From an uncultured Lachnospiraceae bacterium (GTDB lineage: Bacteria; Bacillota; Clostridia; Lachnospirales; Lachnospiraceae): a stretch of 64,000 bases of DNA. A model generated the notes under the pieces. It made no database searches. It was not told the DNA's origin and worked only from the letters and a program-made list of their open reading frames with translations. A program made the translations under genes and the position numbers. Below, in pieces: positions 31,901 to 40,263 of this stretch (the stretch's first letter is position 1; the number at the start of each line of letters is the position of its first letter). The DNA lies in NCBI GenBank assembly GCA_948989975.1, contig CARHSH010000001.1:146906-210905 (forward strand). The letters are read 5' to 3'.

Positions 31901-32973
31901 AAGAAACGTTGAAAGCATTGACAAAAGCTTTGGACGATGCGATGAAAGGTTTAGCAGAGAAATCTGATGACCTGATAGAAGCAGAAGAAGCTTTGGCAAA
32001 GACAATCGAATCTGCAGGAGAAAAAATTGAAGCAGGTCAGGGAGAGTATACAAACGCAAGTTGGAAAGCATTCCAAGATGCCTACAATGCAGCCTTGAAA
32101 GGGAATGAGTCAGATGACAAGGCAGAAGTGCAGAAGCTGGATAATGCTTTAAAGAAAGCAATGGCAGGCTTAATTACAAATGCCCAGCAGGCAGAAAACG
32201 ATAAAGCGGCGGCAATCCAATCTGCAAAGAATGCCTTGCAGAATGAAATAAACGCTTCCAAAACTAAATATAGCGCAGGAGCTAAGAAATATACATCTGC
32301 AACATGGACTCCATTTAAAAAAGCTTACGATGCTGCAGTTGCAGGTAAAAATTCAACTGATGTAAACAAGTTGAAGAAGCTAAGAACTGATCTATATAAC
32401 GCAAGGATAAAATTAAAAATTCAACCGCCGGCATCGTCCTCTGGTACAGGATCTACACAAACGAAGAAATTAAGCAAGTCAGATTATACAGATGTAAAAG
32501 ACATTCGTTATACAGTAATCGATCCGGAGAAATGTACAGTTGAAGCGGCAGGCTTAAAAAAGAATATGAAAAAAGCCAACATTCTGTCGACAGTAGAAGT
32601 GAAGGGCATAGAATGTAAAGTAACTCAAATTAAAGCCAACGGCTTTAAAAAGTACACGAAATTAACGACTGTCACAATTGGCGCAAATGTTGAGAAGATT
32701 GGAAAAGCCGCTTTTTCAGGATGTAAATCCATCACAAAGCTTACAATCGGCGCAAATGTGAAATCAATAGATGCGCAGAGTTTCTCAGGTTGTAAAAAAA
32801 TTAAGAATATTGTGATTAAGTCAAAGAAACTTACTTCGATTGGGAAGAAAGCATTTAAAGGCGTCACTGCAAAAGCAAAGGTGAAACTTCCGAAACTGAA
32901 GGGCAGCGCCGCTAAAAAATTAAAACAAAAGTTGATAAAAGCAGGCGTGAATAAGAAAGCAAAAATAAAGTAA
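25978..32973 (+). CDS. 2331-aa secreted multi-domain glycoside hydrolase, GH101-like (endo-alpha-N-acetylgalactosaminidase architecture)
   Basis: Signal peptide; a (beta/alpha)8-type region with GYGSEGHDS and MYLDVWYG motifs; a CBM32 domain (KAIDGESGTQWHSQW); at least 5 FIVAR repeats (GQGNYTxxSW...); a Big_2-like domain; C-terminal BspA-like leucine-rich repeats. Confidence 0.5.
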   Translation: MKETGSKRKIRSFIAGTLAFLLMVTTALSGFPPIQAQAAAGKIWHRVETGSGNGNGHAYSDASTNPAAVLLHQDKIEWESTFNVTYEKQGDAPNKARLGFFYSYLNDSNWLYVGSNPDGSWYYEYNLGGSTGYPSLEGLPAITDTSRAEISVSVAREALTVTVNGVKVQVANKDVFEGLKEAIGNEGRPGFRAGKNGTEHTFFRFTDAKTKGAPLSDDGWSFLADCEGQVHNQETIPVYSVTGAVKDGNTPVENAVVRVGEESVRTAADGSFSLSVEQGTYVVSVSASGYQAYSQENVEINADKDLGEIALTKKDAVNYEYFISNGTIKAAVSNEFPQVFQYELTLGEDGAKKIFAGQETKLTEMRIGAYNPAYGEDKSVPQVNLKDIEPTLKSFEKEEDHAVYVMNLKDAEAQIDFDMTVKISVSENDLIWEVTNITKNSGCVKINTIDVPELNLVTITDLQVDTQFMGAVISGDTNAIGDREITFEDGFVANNSGGYAYGFLSADGISAGVWSNSEMVSDNRLVRNNGVDSMSLTSAAWYYDYNNDATFSYTDYTDATKNKTLTFSDYDSVAGVAGGVPISELPCAKVCFAADENEDSVVDWQDGAIAYRDIMNNPYGSENTKDLVNYRISMNFNSQATNPYLKTADNIKKVYLATDGLPQAVMMKGYGSEGHDSANSEYGYIADRLGGLEELKQLNTIAHNYNVQMGIHINAQECYPEAQTFSNDLVNGVNSRGWGWLDQSYNINRAYDLGSGLRYKRLLQLYDQLNDTSLYANKWPGVAGQGEDETVADAETIARTVAEKKKTTTENLDFMYLDVWYGASWETRKIAQQFNSLGWRFSTEFGDEGEYDSTWQHWATEGHYGGSAKKGLNSDVIRFIRNHQKDSFVLNYPSYGGTADNPLLGGFDLGGFEGWGGSNDSFNDYIIKTFLVNLPTKFLQHYKVYKWENYEDGGSPVGNHEKEITLVNDDKTEKVVVTRNEDQITSVSGNQSLDYVERTIKLNGKKVLDNATYLLPWTDWETDEEKLYHFNYEGGATTWELQDSWKNLGSVTVYALTDVGRTAKKTVPVTNGSITLDADAKMPYIVVKDETSEKKEIKEPWSEHAHVVDSGFNNYSGVNVDLGEEGPECPECKKEDKTTKTKYNYYMGSKFVCPVCKYEMGADAADKFKYEEQGNPLDKEIWSGDINDVKVVRIGSTGNKYLQMGSETETQSVSTTISDLEPGTDYVAQVYVENKSDAKAWIKVTGGSEDVSNYTLRSLAENYVQCDAHSRRAVSGSRMQIMQVPFTADSSTATLTLEREAGEDITYFDDIRIVDKKINNIQADGSFKQDFESVVSGMYPFVLGPAQGVTDHVTHLSELHAPYTQSGWGGKESLDDVLEGKWSLKHHGNNTGIIYRTIPQNLHFEAGQTYNISFDYQSGQRGQYYIVIGEGDEVIQTLDYMENTAENPLGGPSETKTYEFRMVGADSGQSWFGLASAAASLSKDENDNIKAYGLVDFVLDNLEVKKVGVKISASASTVTSAKDPITLTAEFSDELDESNLVTWTSSDENVVKVVPDPEDSKICHAYFVGFGNATITMRTMVGVQEIELPWAVSFPEIFELPSEEQKKAEWAGVYANTESATDNDTKEKAIDGESGTQWHSQWASPAFVVSETNPALLTVKIADGDNISNYNRVTIQQRTGNVNGLVKKYKCVVGDEFDETTHTVSGNVYTTDVITAKKTGQGEREVCVLPAGTAGKYLQIQVLEGEGTFASIAELELDKAGTNNTDEEQGYFEENGSSWSNKITEALEATLENADAVEKAGRGDYSEESWAVFEAALNAAKDRPADATPQQLLELQQDLVLAISNLTVSLDKARTEFEKVFDEAKNIYNAGQGNYTDASWESFKKVYEDVDVIKDSQDPKVLVKGRQMLEKALEGLKEKTPEQIEFEQAQQELKQSMDSASKKISEGQGNYTTTSWKKLVKAYEDAKEGKNSEDKETLKALTKALDDAMKGLAEKSDDLIEAEEALAKTIESAGEKIEAGQGEYTNASWKAFQDAYNAALKGNESDDKAEVQKLDNALKKAMAGLITNAQQAENDKAAAIQSAKNALQNEINASKTKYSAGAKKYTSATWTPFKKAYDAAVAGKNSTDVNKLKKLRTDLYNARIKLKIQPPASSSGTGSTQTKKLSKSDYTDVKDIRYTVIDPEKCTVEAAGLKKNMKKANILSTVEVKGIECKVTQIKANGFKKYTKLTTVTIGANVEKIGKAAFSGCKSITKLTIGANVKSIDAQSFSGCKKIKNIVIKSKKLTSIGKKAFKGVTAKAKVKLPKLKGSAAKKLKQKLIKAGVNKKAKIK

Positions 32974-33044
32974 AAGGCAAAATCACAAAGTTATCATTAG
33001 AAAGGGGCATACGTTTGTATGCCTCTTTCAAGTAGAGAATAAGA

Positions 33045-33800
33045 ATGGAACGAACGGAAAGAGAAAAGCAAATAGAGTATGAAACATATCTGGCGAAGCG
33101 GCGGGCTTTGAAAAGAAAGAAACGGCAGAGGAAAGCGGCTTTTCAGATACTAATGTCACTTATAATCATTATTATAATAGGAATCATAGGCTGGCAATCT
33201 GTGAAATTCATAAAAGGCAGAAATGGAAAGCCTGTTTCAGTAAAATCAGAATTGCCAAAAAAAATTGTAAAAACGCCGCCGGATTACGACATACAGTATT
33301 TAACGGTTAATCCTTATTCAAGGCCGGGGATTCCGTTAGAAAAAGTGAACGGGGTTGTTGTGCATTATACGGCAAACCCTTCCACAACAGCGCAGCAAAA
33401 CAGAGATTATTTTGAGGGATTGAGTTTGTCAGGCGAAACGTCCGTCAGCAGTCATTTTGTAATCGGAATAGAGGGGGAAGTGATTCTGTGCATTCCCTGT
33501 GATGAAATTGCATATGCTTCAAATGAGAGAAATGCGGATACCATCTCTATTGAGTGCTGTATTCCGGACGAATCAGGAAAATTTGCCGATGCGACATACG
33601 ATACGTTAATCCATTTACTGGCATGGCTGGCGGGAAAATATGATTTGGAAACAGATGACATTATCCGTCATTATGACGTTACGGGGAAAAACTGCCCAAA
33701 ATATTATGTGGAGTATGAATCCGCATGGGATGCCTTAAAAATGGACGTCAGAAATTATATAGAACATAACGGAGCGATTGAGGAAACGACAGAGGAGTAA
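33045..33800 (+). CDS. N-acetylmuramoyl-L-alanine amidase (Amidase_2/PGRP domain), membrane-anchored
   Basis: N-terminal KR-rich segment plus a TM helix; VVHYTANP, SSHFVIG and NCPKYYV motifs. Confidence 0.8.
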   Translation: MERTEREKQIEYETYLAKRRALKRKKRQRKAAFQILMSLIIIIIIGIIGWQSVKFIKGRNGKPVSVKSELPKKIVKTPPDYDIQYLTVNPYSRPGIPLEKVNGVVVHYTANPSTTAQQNRDYFEGLSLSGETSVSSHFVIGIEGEVILCIPCDEIAYASNERNADTISIECCIPDESGKFADATYDTLIHLLAWLAGKYDLETDDIIRHYDVTGKNCPKYYVEYESAWDALKMDVRNYIEHNGAIEETTEE

Positions 33801-33804
33801 AAAT

Positions 33805-35292
33805 ATGATAGAAAAGCTTTTTCATAAGGCGCTGCGTCAAGAAGAAACACGCAAAGCGTTAAGTGAAATAAGGGCGGCAATTAAGGAAGAAGAACTATAC
33901 TGGGAAGCGTTAGAATTTTTTGGTAATGGGGAAGCGTTAGGGCCATTTCTTCTGCATGAAGATGCAAAAGTAAGAAAAAACGCCGCAGCCCTGCTTGGCG
34001 ACTTGGAAATGGAAGAAGCGGCAGAAGAACTATACCGCGCATATCAGAAAGAAGAAAAATTATTTGTAAAAAGCGCGTTGCTTTGGGCTTTGGATAAGAC
34101 GAATCCATATCCATATATGGAAGAACTTTTAAAGAGATATGATTATTTACGCAGTGAGGAGGTAAAGGAGGAGGAAAAAAAACATATTCGGGAAGAACTC
34201 CATGCTCTGGAACGGATATTACGAAAAGATGGAGAAAGCGGGCGGCATATATTTTCTGGTTGGAATCAAAAATATGCCGTTCTTTTGACAACTCCTTCCA
34301 ATTATGCAAAATTGACGGCGGATAAGATACGGGCGTACAAAAAAGGGGCCACTCCGCTTGGCGTACAGGCGATTGTGGATTCATTGCGGGAGATAACCAA
34401 GCTTAGGACATACCGTGAATTGTTGTTTTTGGTTGCTTTAGGACGGGATATTGGCATAGAAGACGGGCCAAAAGCTCTTGGGGAAGCGCTAGCGGATTCC
34501 AAACTGCTTCAGTTACTGGAACGAAGCCATGAAAAAGGAGAGGCTTTTTTCTTCCGTCTGGATTTTAAAAGCCGCCTGACTTTGGAAGAAAGGAGCCGTT
34601 ATCTGAGACGGGCAGCGGCAGTCTTAGAGGAAAAGACAAACCGCAGAATGGTAAATATGCCGGAGGATTATGAATTTGAGATCCGCTTGTATATCAATAA
34701 AAATGGGAAAATCCGCGCGTTTCTAAAAATGCTTTCTATCCCGATGGAGCGTTTTTCTTATCGTAAACAAACAATTTCCGCTTCTATCCATCCGTCGCTT
34801 GCCGCATTGCTTTTAGAACTTGCTAGACCATATTTGAAACCAAATGCGCAGATTTTAGACCCTTGCTGCGGCGTTGGGACGATGTTGGTGGAGCGGCATA
34901 AGATAATGCCTGTCAGGGAGGCATATGCGATTGATATTTTTGGGGAGGCAGTTGAAAAGGGCAAAGAGAATGCTCTGGCGGCGGGAATGGACGTGAATTT
35001 TATCCATAAAGATTATCTGGTATTCCGGCATAACTATCCATTTGATGAAATTATTGCCAATCTGCCGCTTAGGGGAAAGAGGAGTAAAGAAGAACAGGAT
35101 GCGTTTTATGAGGGATTTTTTGAGAAATCTCAGGAACTCTTGGCGCAAAACGGCATTATGGTTTTATATTCAAATGAAAACGGATTTGTGAAAAAACAGC
35201 TCCGTCTGAATCCGTGTTTTCGGTTATATCAGGAGTATCTTATTTTTGAAAAAGAAGGTTTTTATCTGTATATAATTGGAATAAAGAAATAA
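33805..35292 (+). CDS. HEAT-repeat + class-I SAM methyltransferase (UPF0020/RlmL-like) fusion with degenerate motif IV
   Basis: The N-terminal half is a HEAT-like alpha-helical solenoid. The C-terminal half carries SIHPSLAALLLELAR (UPF0020 family motif) and the GxGxG motif in LDPCCGVGTMLVE. Motif IV reads NLPL rather than D/NPPY/F. Confidence 0.55.
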   Translation: MIEKLFHKALRQEETRKALSEIRAAIKEEELYWEALEFFGNGEALGPFLLHEDAKVRKNAAALLGDLEMEEAAEELYRAYQKEEKLFVKSALLWALDKTNPYPYMEELLKRYDYLRSEEVKEEEKKHIREELHALERILRKDGESGRHIFSGWNQKYAVLLTTPSNYAKLTADKIRAYKKGATPLGVQAIVDSLREITKLRTYRELLFLVALGRDIGIEDGPKALGEALADSKLLQLLERSHEKGEAFFFRLDFKSRLTLEERSRYLRRAAAVLEEKTNRRMVNMPEDYEFEIRLYINKNGKIRAFLKMLSIPMERFSYRKQTISASIHPSLAALLLELARPYLKPNAQILDPCCGVGTMLVERHKIMPVREAYAIDIFGEAVEKGKENALAAGMDVNFIHKDYLVFRHNYPFDEIIANLPLRGKRSKEEQDAFYEGFFEKSQELLAQNGIMVLYSNENGFVKKQLRLNPCFRLYQEYLIFEKEGFYLYIIGIKK

Positions 35293-35419
35293 GAAACCGG
35301 CAAAATGTTTGGAGACAGTAAATCTGAAAAAACTATTAAAATTCCTTAATTTCATTTTCGTGGAAGTGAATTTGTGATAAAATACAAGCGTTTCTTAGGA
35401 GAAAGAAAACAGCGTTGCG

Positions 35420-38400
35420 ATGGAGGATGAGATGATTAAGTATAGCGTGAAAAAGCCATTTACAGTATTAGTCGCAGTGATTATTGTATTGGTAATTGGA
35501 TTGGTTTCACTTACAGGAATGAAAACGGATTTACTGCCGGACATGAGTATGCCGTACATGATGGTGATTACGACTTATCCGGGGGCAAGCCCGGAAAAAG
35601 TGGAGGAAAGCGTTACAAAACCAATGGAGGGAGCATTGGGGACGATAAACGGCGTAGAAGACGTGACAAGTTCCAGTTCTGAAAATTACAGTATGGTTAT
35701 GCTGGAGTTTGAAGAAGACACGAGCATGGATTCTGCGATGGTAAAAGTTTCCTCGGCGATTAACCAAATAGAATCGGCGCTGCCGGAGACATGCGGCGCG
35801 CCGAATATTTTAGAGATTAGCATGGATATGATGGCGACGATGTACGCCAGCGTCAGTTATGAAGGGAAAGACATTTATGAGTTGTCTGGCTTTACGGAAG
35901 AAGTGGTGATTCCGTATTTTGAACGGCAGGCGGGCGTGGCGAGCATATCGGAAATCGGCATAGTGGAAAAGTCGGTGGAAGTGCGTTTGAATCAGGAAAA
36001 AATTGATAAAATAAATGATCAAATATTGGTAAAGACAAATGACAAGCTTTCAGAGGCGCAGTCAGAGCTTTCCGAAGCGGAAAATTCATTGGCGGACGCA
36101 AAGTCAAAAATCAATAAACAAGAGCAGGATTTGTCAAATCAGCAAAATTCGACAACGACGGAACTTGCGGATGCGACATTAAAATTAAATGAAGCGGTTG
36201 CTTCGAGGGCGGCGTATGAATCCCAGCTTACCAGCCTAAAAGCAAGTAAAAGCGCTTTAGAAGGTGAGAAAAAGGCATATAAAGAGAATAAAATAGAAAG
36301 TACATATAACAGCATAAACGATATGTTTGCGCAGCTTTCCGCCGCTGTTGCGGGGATTTCCGCGCAGCTAGGGGAAGCCAGCCCGTTGGATGCGTCTGCG
36401 ATGCCGGCAGATATAAAAGATGCAATCGACAATCCGGATAAATTGAACTATTTCAAAACGGCAGTGGAAACGCTTGCGGGAATGCCTAATTCACAGATAG
36501 ATAAGAGCATAGTTAGTCAGGCAAAGGAACTAGACAAAAAAACATTAAAACAGCTTTATGACATTGTAAACGTCCGCCTTCCGCAAATAGAGACGGAGCT
36601 GGCGAATCTGGAGGTAGAGATTAAAGTAGCGGAAGAAGTCTTAAAGCAGGTGGAAACCCAGATGGCGTCCATTGACGAGGCGTATAAGCAGGCGGAACAA
36701 GGCAAAATATCTGCGGCGGCGGGGTTTGGTTCCGGCGGCGCGCAGATTGCCGCGGCAAAGACGGCAATGGAAGAAGCGCAGGAAGAATTGGAAAATGCCA
36801 ATAAGACGTATCAGGATTCTGTTGCGGAAGCGAGGAAAAATGCGAATATCAATCAAATGTTGACGTTAGAAGCGCTTTCTGGCATGATCTATGCGCAAAA
36901 TTTTTCTATGCCGGCAGGATATATCGACGATGAAAATGAGAAACAATGGCTTTTAAAAGTAGGGGAAAATTATACTTCGGCGGAAGAATTAGAAAAAATG
37001 ACGCTCTGTGAGATAGACGGCATTGGGGACGTTCATTTGAATGACGTTGCGGATATTACGACGATTGACAATGCCGGAGAAACATATGCGAAGGTCAATC
37101 AGGACGCCGGAGTGATTCTATCTATTTTTAAAGGCAGTACGGCGGGCACAAGCGATGTTTCAGAAGCCTGTTTAAACGCAATAGAGGAATTAAAAGAGGA
37201 CTACCCAAAATTGAACATTACGCCGTTAGTGAATCAGGGGGAATATATTTCTATGCTGATTCAAAGCATTGTGTCCAGCATGGTGATTGGGGCGCTGCTT
37301 GCGATTTTCATTTTGGCAGTCTTTTTGATGGATATACGCCCAACGATCGTCGTTGCGTTTAGTATCCCGTTCAGCGTTTTGACGGCAATCGTCATTATGT
37401 ATTTTGCAGGCATTTCCATCAACATGATGTCCCTGTCAGGGCTTTCTTTGGCAGTAGGTATGCTGGTGGATAACTCCATTGTTGTAATAGAAAATATTTA
37501 CCGTCTGCGGTATCGGGGCTTAAGTTCTCCCCGTTCTGCCGTTCAAGGGGCAAAACAGGTGGCTGGGGCGATTATAGCGTCAACGCTTACGACGATTTGC
37601 GTATTTTTCCCGATGGTGTTTACGACGGGCATGGTGAGGGATTTGCTGTTGCCGTTTGCTTTGACGATTACGTTTGCCCTGACGGCTTCCTTAGCTGTTG
37701 CGCTGACAGTAGTGCCTACGATGGGGGCGGCAATGCTTCGGAAGGCGAAACCGAAACAGCATCGTATTTTTGATAAGATTCAGGAAGGCTATGCGGCGGC
37801 GCTTAAGTTTTGCCTGAGATTTAAAATTGTTCCGCTTGGAATTTCTGTCGGGCTTTTGGCGATTTGCATTGCCGCGGTTATGAAAATGGGGATCGTGTTA
37901 ATCCCGGATATGGGTAGCGACCAGATTTCCGTAACGGTGACGATCCCGGAAGAAGACACGAAAGAAACGGCTTATCAAAAAGCAGACGATGTGATGGAAG
38001 CGATTCTTGGGATTGAGGGAGTTGGATATGTAGGAGCCATGGACGGCAGCAGTTCTGCCGGATTAATGGGCGGCATGACGGGCGGTTCTTCGGATAATTT
38101 CAGTAATTTTTCGTATTTTGTTCTTCCCGCGGAGGAATATAACAGCAAATCTCAGGTGGAGGGCATTTGCGATGCGATTTTAGAACATACGAAAGAGTTT
38201 GAGTGCGAAGTGGCAGTGTCAAATTCTATGATGGGTGAAATGGATCAAATGCTTGGCAGCGGCCTTCAGCTTGACATAGGCGGTTCGGATTTGGATCAAC
38301 TGCTGTTGGTAAGTGAAGAAATTATGGAGATGTTGGAGGGTGTGGAAGGTTTTTCTAATATCAGCAATGGGCAGGAGGAAGCGGACGAGGAAATTCATCT

Positions 38401-39430
38401 GAATATTGATAAAGATGCATCTATGCGGCTTGGTTTGACGGGAGCGCAGATTTATGGAGATATTTCTGACAGGCTGACAACGGATAAAACGGCGGTTACG
38501 CTGACAGTAGACGACACTGACATGGACGTGAAAATAGTCGATGAAACGAATCTGCTGACGAAAGAAAACCTGATGGATATGGAATTTGAAACGCAGAAGA
38601 CGGACGACGATGGCAAAACTGTGACGGAAACGCACAAGCTGAGTGAATTTGCGACGCTGGAGTATGGTAACAGCGTAGCGGGGATAAACCGCGCAAACGG
38701 ACAAAGGCAGATGAGCGTGACTGCGGAGACAAAAGAGGGGTACAATACTACGATTTTGTCAAGGGAAGTGGAAGAACTGCTGGCAGAGTATGAATTGCCG
38801 GAAGGCTATAGCGTAGAATTTGGCGGGGAAACGTCAAATACAAATGATATGATGAACCAGATGTCAAAGCTTCTGCTTTTAGGCTTCCTTCTGATTTATC
38901 TTGTCATGGTGGCGCAGTTTCAAAGCCTTCTGTCTCCATTTATCGTTATTTTTACGGTTCCGCTGGCATTTACGGGCGGGCTGCTTGCTATGCTGTTTAC
39001 GGGCGAGCAGATGTCTTTAATTACGCTGATGGGATTTTTGGTGCTGATGGGGACGGTTGTAAATAACGGGATTGTGTTTGTGGATTATACGAACCAGCTT
39101 CGCATAGGAGGAATGGAGCGAAAAGATGCTCTGGCAGCGACTGGGAAAACGCGTATGCGTCCCATTTTAATGACGGCGTTTACGACTATTCTGGCCATGC
39201 TTGCAATGGTGTTCAGCCAAGATACGGCAAGTGAGCTTGGCAGGGGAATGGCGCTTGTCGTAGCGGGCGGCTTGTTCTATGCAACGTTTATGACGATGTT
39301 TATCGTTCCGGTGATGTACGATATTCTTTACCGCAAAGAAGTAATCGTCGTAGACGTTGGGGACGATTCTATGGACGATGCGCCGGACGACGCCGCGGAA
39401 TTTATTGAACAGATGGAGCGTGGGAACTAG
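35420..39430 (+). CDS. RND-family efflux permease (AcrB/HAE-like) with a roughly 300-aa coiled-coil insertion
   Basis: AcrB-type N-terminus (KPFTVLVAVIIVLVIGLVSLTGMKTDLLPDMSMPYMMVITTYPGASPEKVEESVT) and a 12-TM pattern. Residues about 190-490 are a heptad-rich coiled coil absent from canonical pumps of about 1040 aa. Confidence 0.8.
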   Translation: MEDEMIKYSVKKPFTVLVAVIIVLVIGLVSLTGMKTDLLPDMSMPYMMVITTYPGASPEKVEESVTKPMEGALGTINGVEDVTSSSSENYSMVMLEFEEDTSMDSAMVKVSSAINQIESALPETCGAPNILEISMDMMATMYASVSYEGKDIYELSGFTEEVVIPYFERQAGVASISEIGIVEKSVEVRLNQEKIDKINDQILVKTNDKLSEAQSELSEAENSLADAKSKINKQEQDLSNQQNSTTTELADATLKLNEAVASRAAYESQLTSLKASKSALEGEKKAYKENKIESTYNSINDMFAQLSAAVAGISAQLGEASPLDASAMPADIKDAIDNPDKLNYFKTAVETLAGMPNSQIDKSIVSQAKELDKKTLKQLYDIVNVRLPQIETELANLEVEIKVAEEVLKQVETQMASIDEAYKQAEQGKISAAAGFGSGGAQIAAAKTAMEEAQEELENANKTYQDSVAEARKNANINQMLTLEALSGMIYAQNFSMPAGYIDDENEKQWLLKVGENYTSAEELEKMTLCEIDGIGDVHLNDVADITTIDNAGETYAKVNQDAGVILSIFKGSTAGTSDVSEACLNAIEELKEDYPKLNITPLVNQGEYISMLIQSIVSSMVIGALLAIFILAVFLMDIRPTIVVAFSIPFSVLTAIVIMYFAGISINMMSLSGLSLAVGMLVDNSIVVIENIYRLRYRGLSSPRSAVQGAKQVAGAIIASTLTTICVFFPMVFTTGMVRDLLLPFALTITFALTASLAVALTVVPTMGAAMLRKAKPKQHRIFDKIQEGYAAALKFCLRFKIVPLGISVGLLAICIAAVMKMGIVLIPDMGSDQISVTVTIPEEDTKETAYQKADDVMEAILGIEGVGYVGAMDGSSSAGLMGGMTGGSSDNFSNFSYFVLPAEEYNSKSQVEGICDAILEHTKEFECEVAVSNSMMGEMDQMLGSGLQLDIGGSDLDQLLLVSEEIMEMLEGVEGFSNISNGQEEADEEIHLNIDKDASMRLGLTGAQIYGDISDRLTTDKTAVTLTVDDTDMDVKIVDETNLLTKENLMDMEFETQKTDDDGKTVTETHKLSEFATLEYGNSVAGINRANGQRQMSVTAETKEGYNTTILSREVEELLAEYELPEGYSVEFGGETSNTNDMMNQMSKLLLLGFLLIYLVMVAQFQSLLSPFIVIFTVPLAFTGGLLAMLFTGEQMSLITLMGFLVLMGTVVNNGIVFVDYTNQLRIGGMERKDALAATGKTRMRPILMTAFTTILAMLAMVFSQDTASELGRGMALVVAGGLFYATFMTMFIVPVMYDILYRKEVIVVDVGDDSMDDAPDDAAEFIEQMERGN

Positions 39431-39465
39431 GTTCCATTCGCATATCGTGGGATTGAAGGATAATA

Positions 39466-39660
39466 ATATAAAAAACAGAATCGAAGAATTTGTAGGAAAT
39501 TATCATGAAAAACAGAATTGATGAGTTTGTAGAAAATTATCATAAAAAACAGAATCGAAGAATCTGTAGGAAATTATCATAAAAACAGAATTGATGAGTT
39601 TGTAGAAAATTATCATAAAAAACAGAACCGATGTATTTGTAAAAAATTATATTACAATCA
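39466..39660. repeat. Tandem direct repeat array, 5 x ~37 bp, two alternating variants
   Basis: Units start at about 39471, 39508, 39545, 39581 and 39618. The consensus is aaaaacagaatYgaWgaRtYtgtagRaaattatcat. Confidence 0.85.
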
Positions 39661-39675
39661 TTGGTTCTGTTTTTG
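39617..39675 (+). terminator. Hairpin terminator formed by the last repeat unit (aaaaaacagaacc...ggttctgttttt)
   Basis: 9-bp stem with a roughly 33-nt loop, T-run 39671..39674; sits between convergent genes. Confidence 0.4.
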
Positions 39676-39738
39676 TAAATTAAGGCTCTATTTATAAAGT
39701 ATACAAAAAAACGGTAAAAAGTGGGAATGTAAATTATA

Positions 39739-40035
39739 TTATGCTTTTACGGTTGGCAGATGGCTCAGGTTGTTGTCGTCAGTTCCGTCGGGAATGGATT
39801 TTAAATATTCCGTGTCTTTCCGGTGCGCAATGCCGACGCCGGAAATGCCGCCTGCTTTGGCAAGGGCAACGCCTTCCTGCTTATCCACAATGCGGTTATC
39901 TGATAACTGGTATCCGGTGATTTTTCCGCCTTTTTTCACAAGGCCGATAATTTCTTTTGCATCTGCGGAAGGTGTGGGAATTTCATCTAATGTGTTTGCG
40001 GCAAAAGAAATGCCGGTATTTTCTTCTAAGTTCAT
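39739..40035 (-). CDS. Small hypothetical protein (98 aa; possibly DUF3892-like)
   Basis: The ORF has the RBS GGAGG upstream (40044..40048, minus strand). No confident family assignment. Confidence 0.45.
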   Translation of the reverse strand: MNLEENTGISFAANTLDEIPTPSADAKEIIGLVKKGGKITGYQLSDNRIVDKQEGVALAKAGGISGVGIAHRKDTEYLKSIPDGTDDNNLSHLPTVKA

Positions 40036-40263
40036 GTTTAATTCCTCCTTTCGACATTAGTTTGTGAAGGAAATAGGGAAAATATGACTGGAAAATCTTT
40101 GGGTCGGCTTGCTGAATAAACGGCTGGAATTTGTAACTTGTGTTGTGTGGAATTGAATTGTAAAGATGTTTAAAATATTTTTTAATATGGAAAAAATAAG
40201 GAGTGACGGAAGATAGGATACATGCTATAATAAATATATTGTAAAAAAGAAAAACGGATAGAT

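Noticed and set aside
39466-39660. Possible mini-CRISPR array
   Set aside because: The units are contiguous tandem repeats. The variable middle parts of the units are themselves near-identical (two alternating variants), so there are no unique spacers. No cas genes or leader are nearby.
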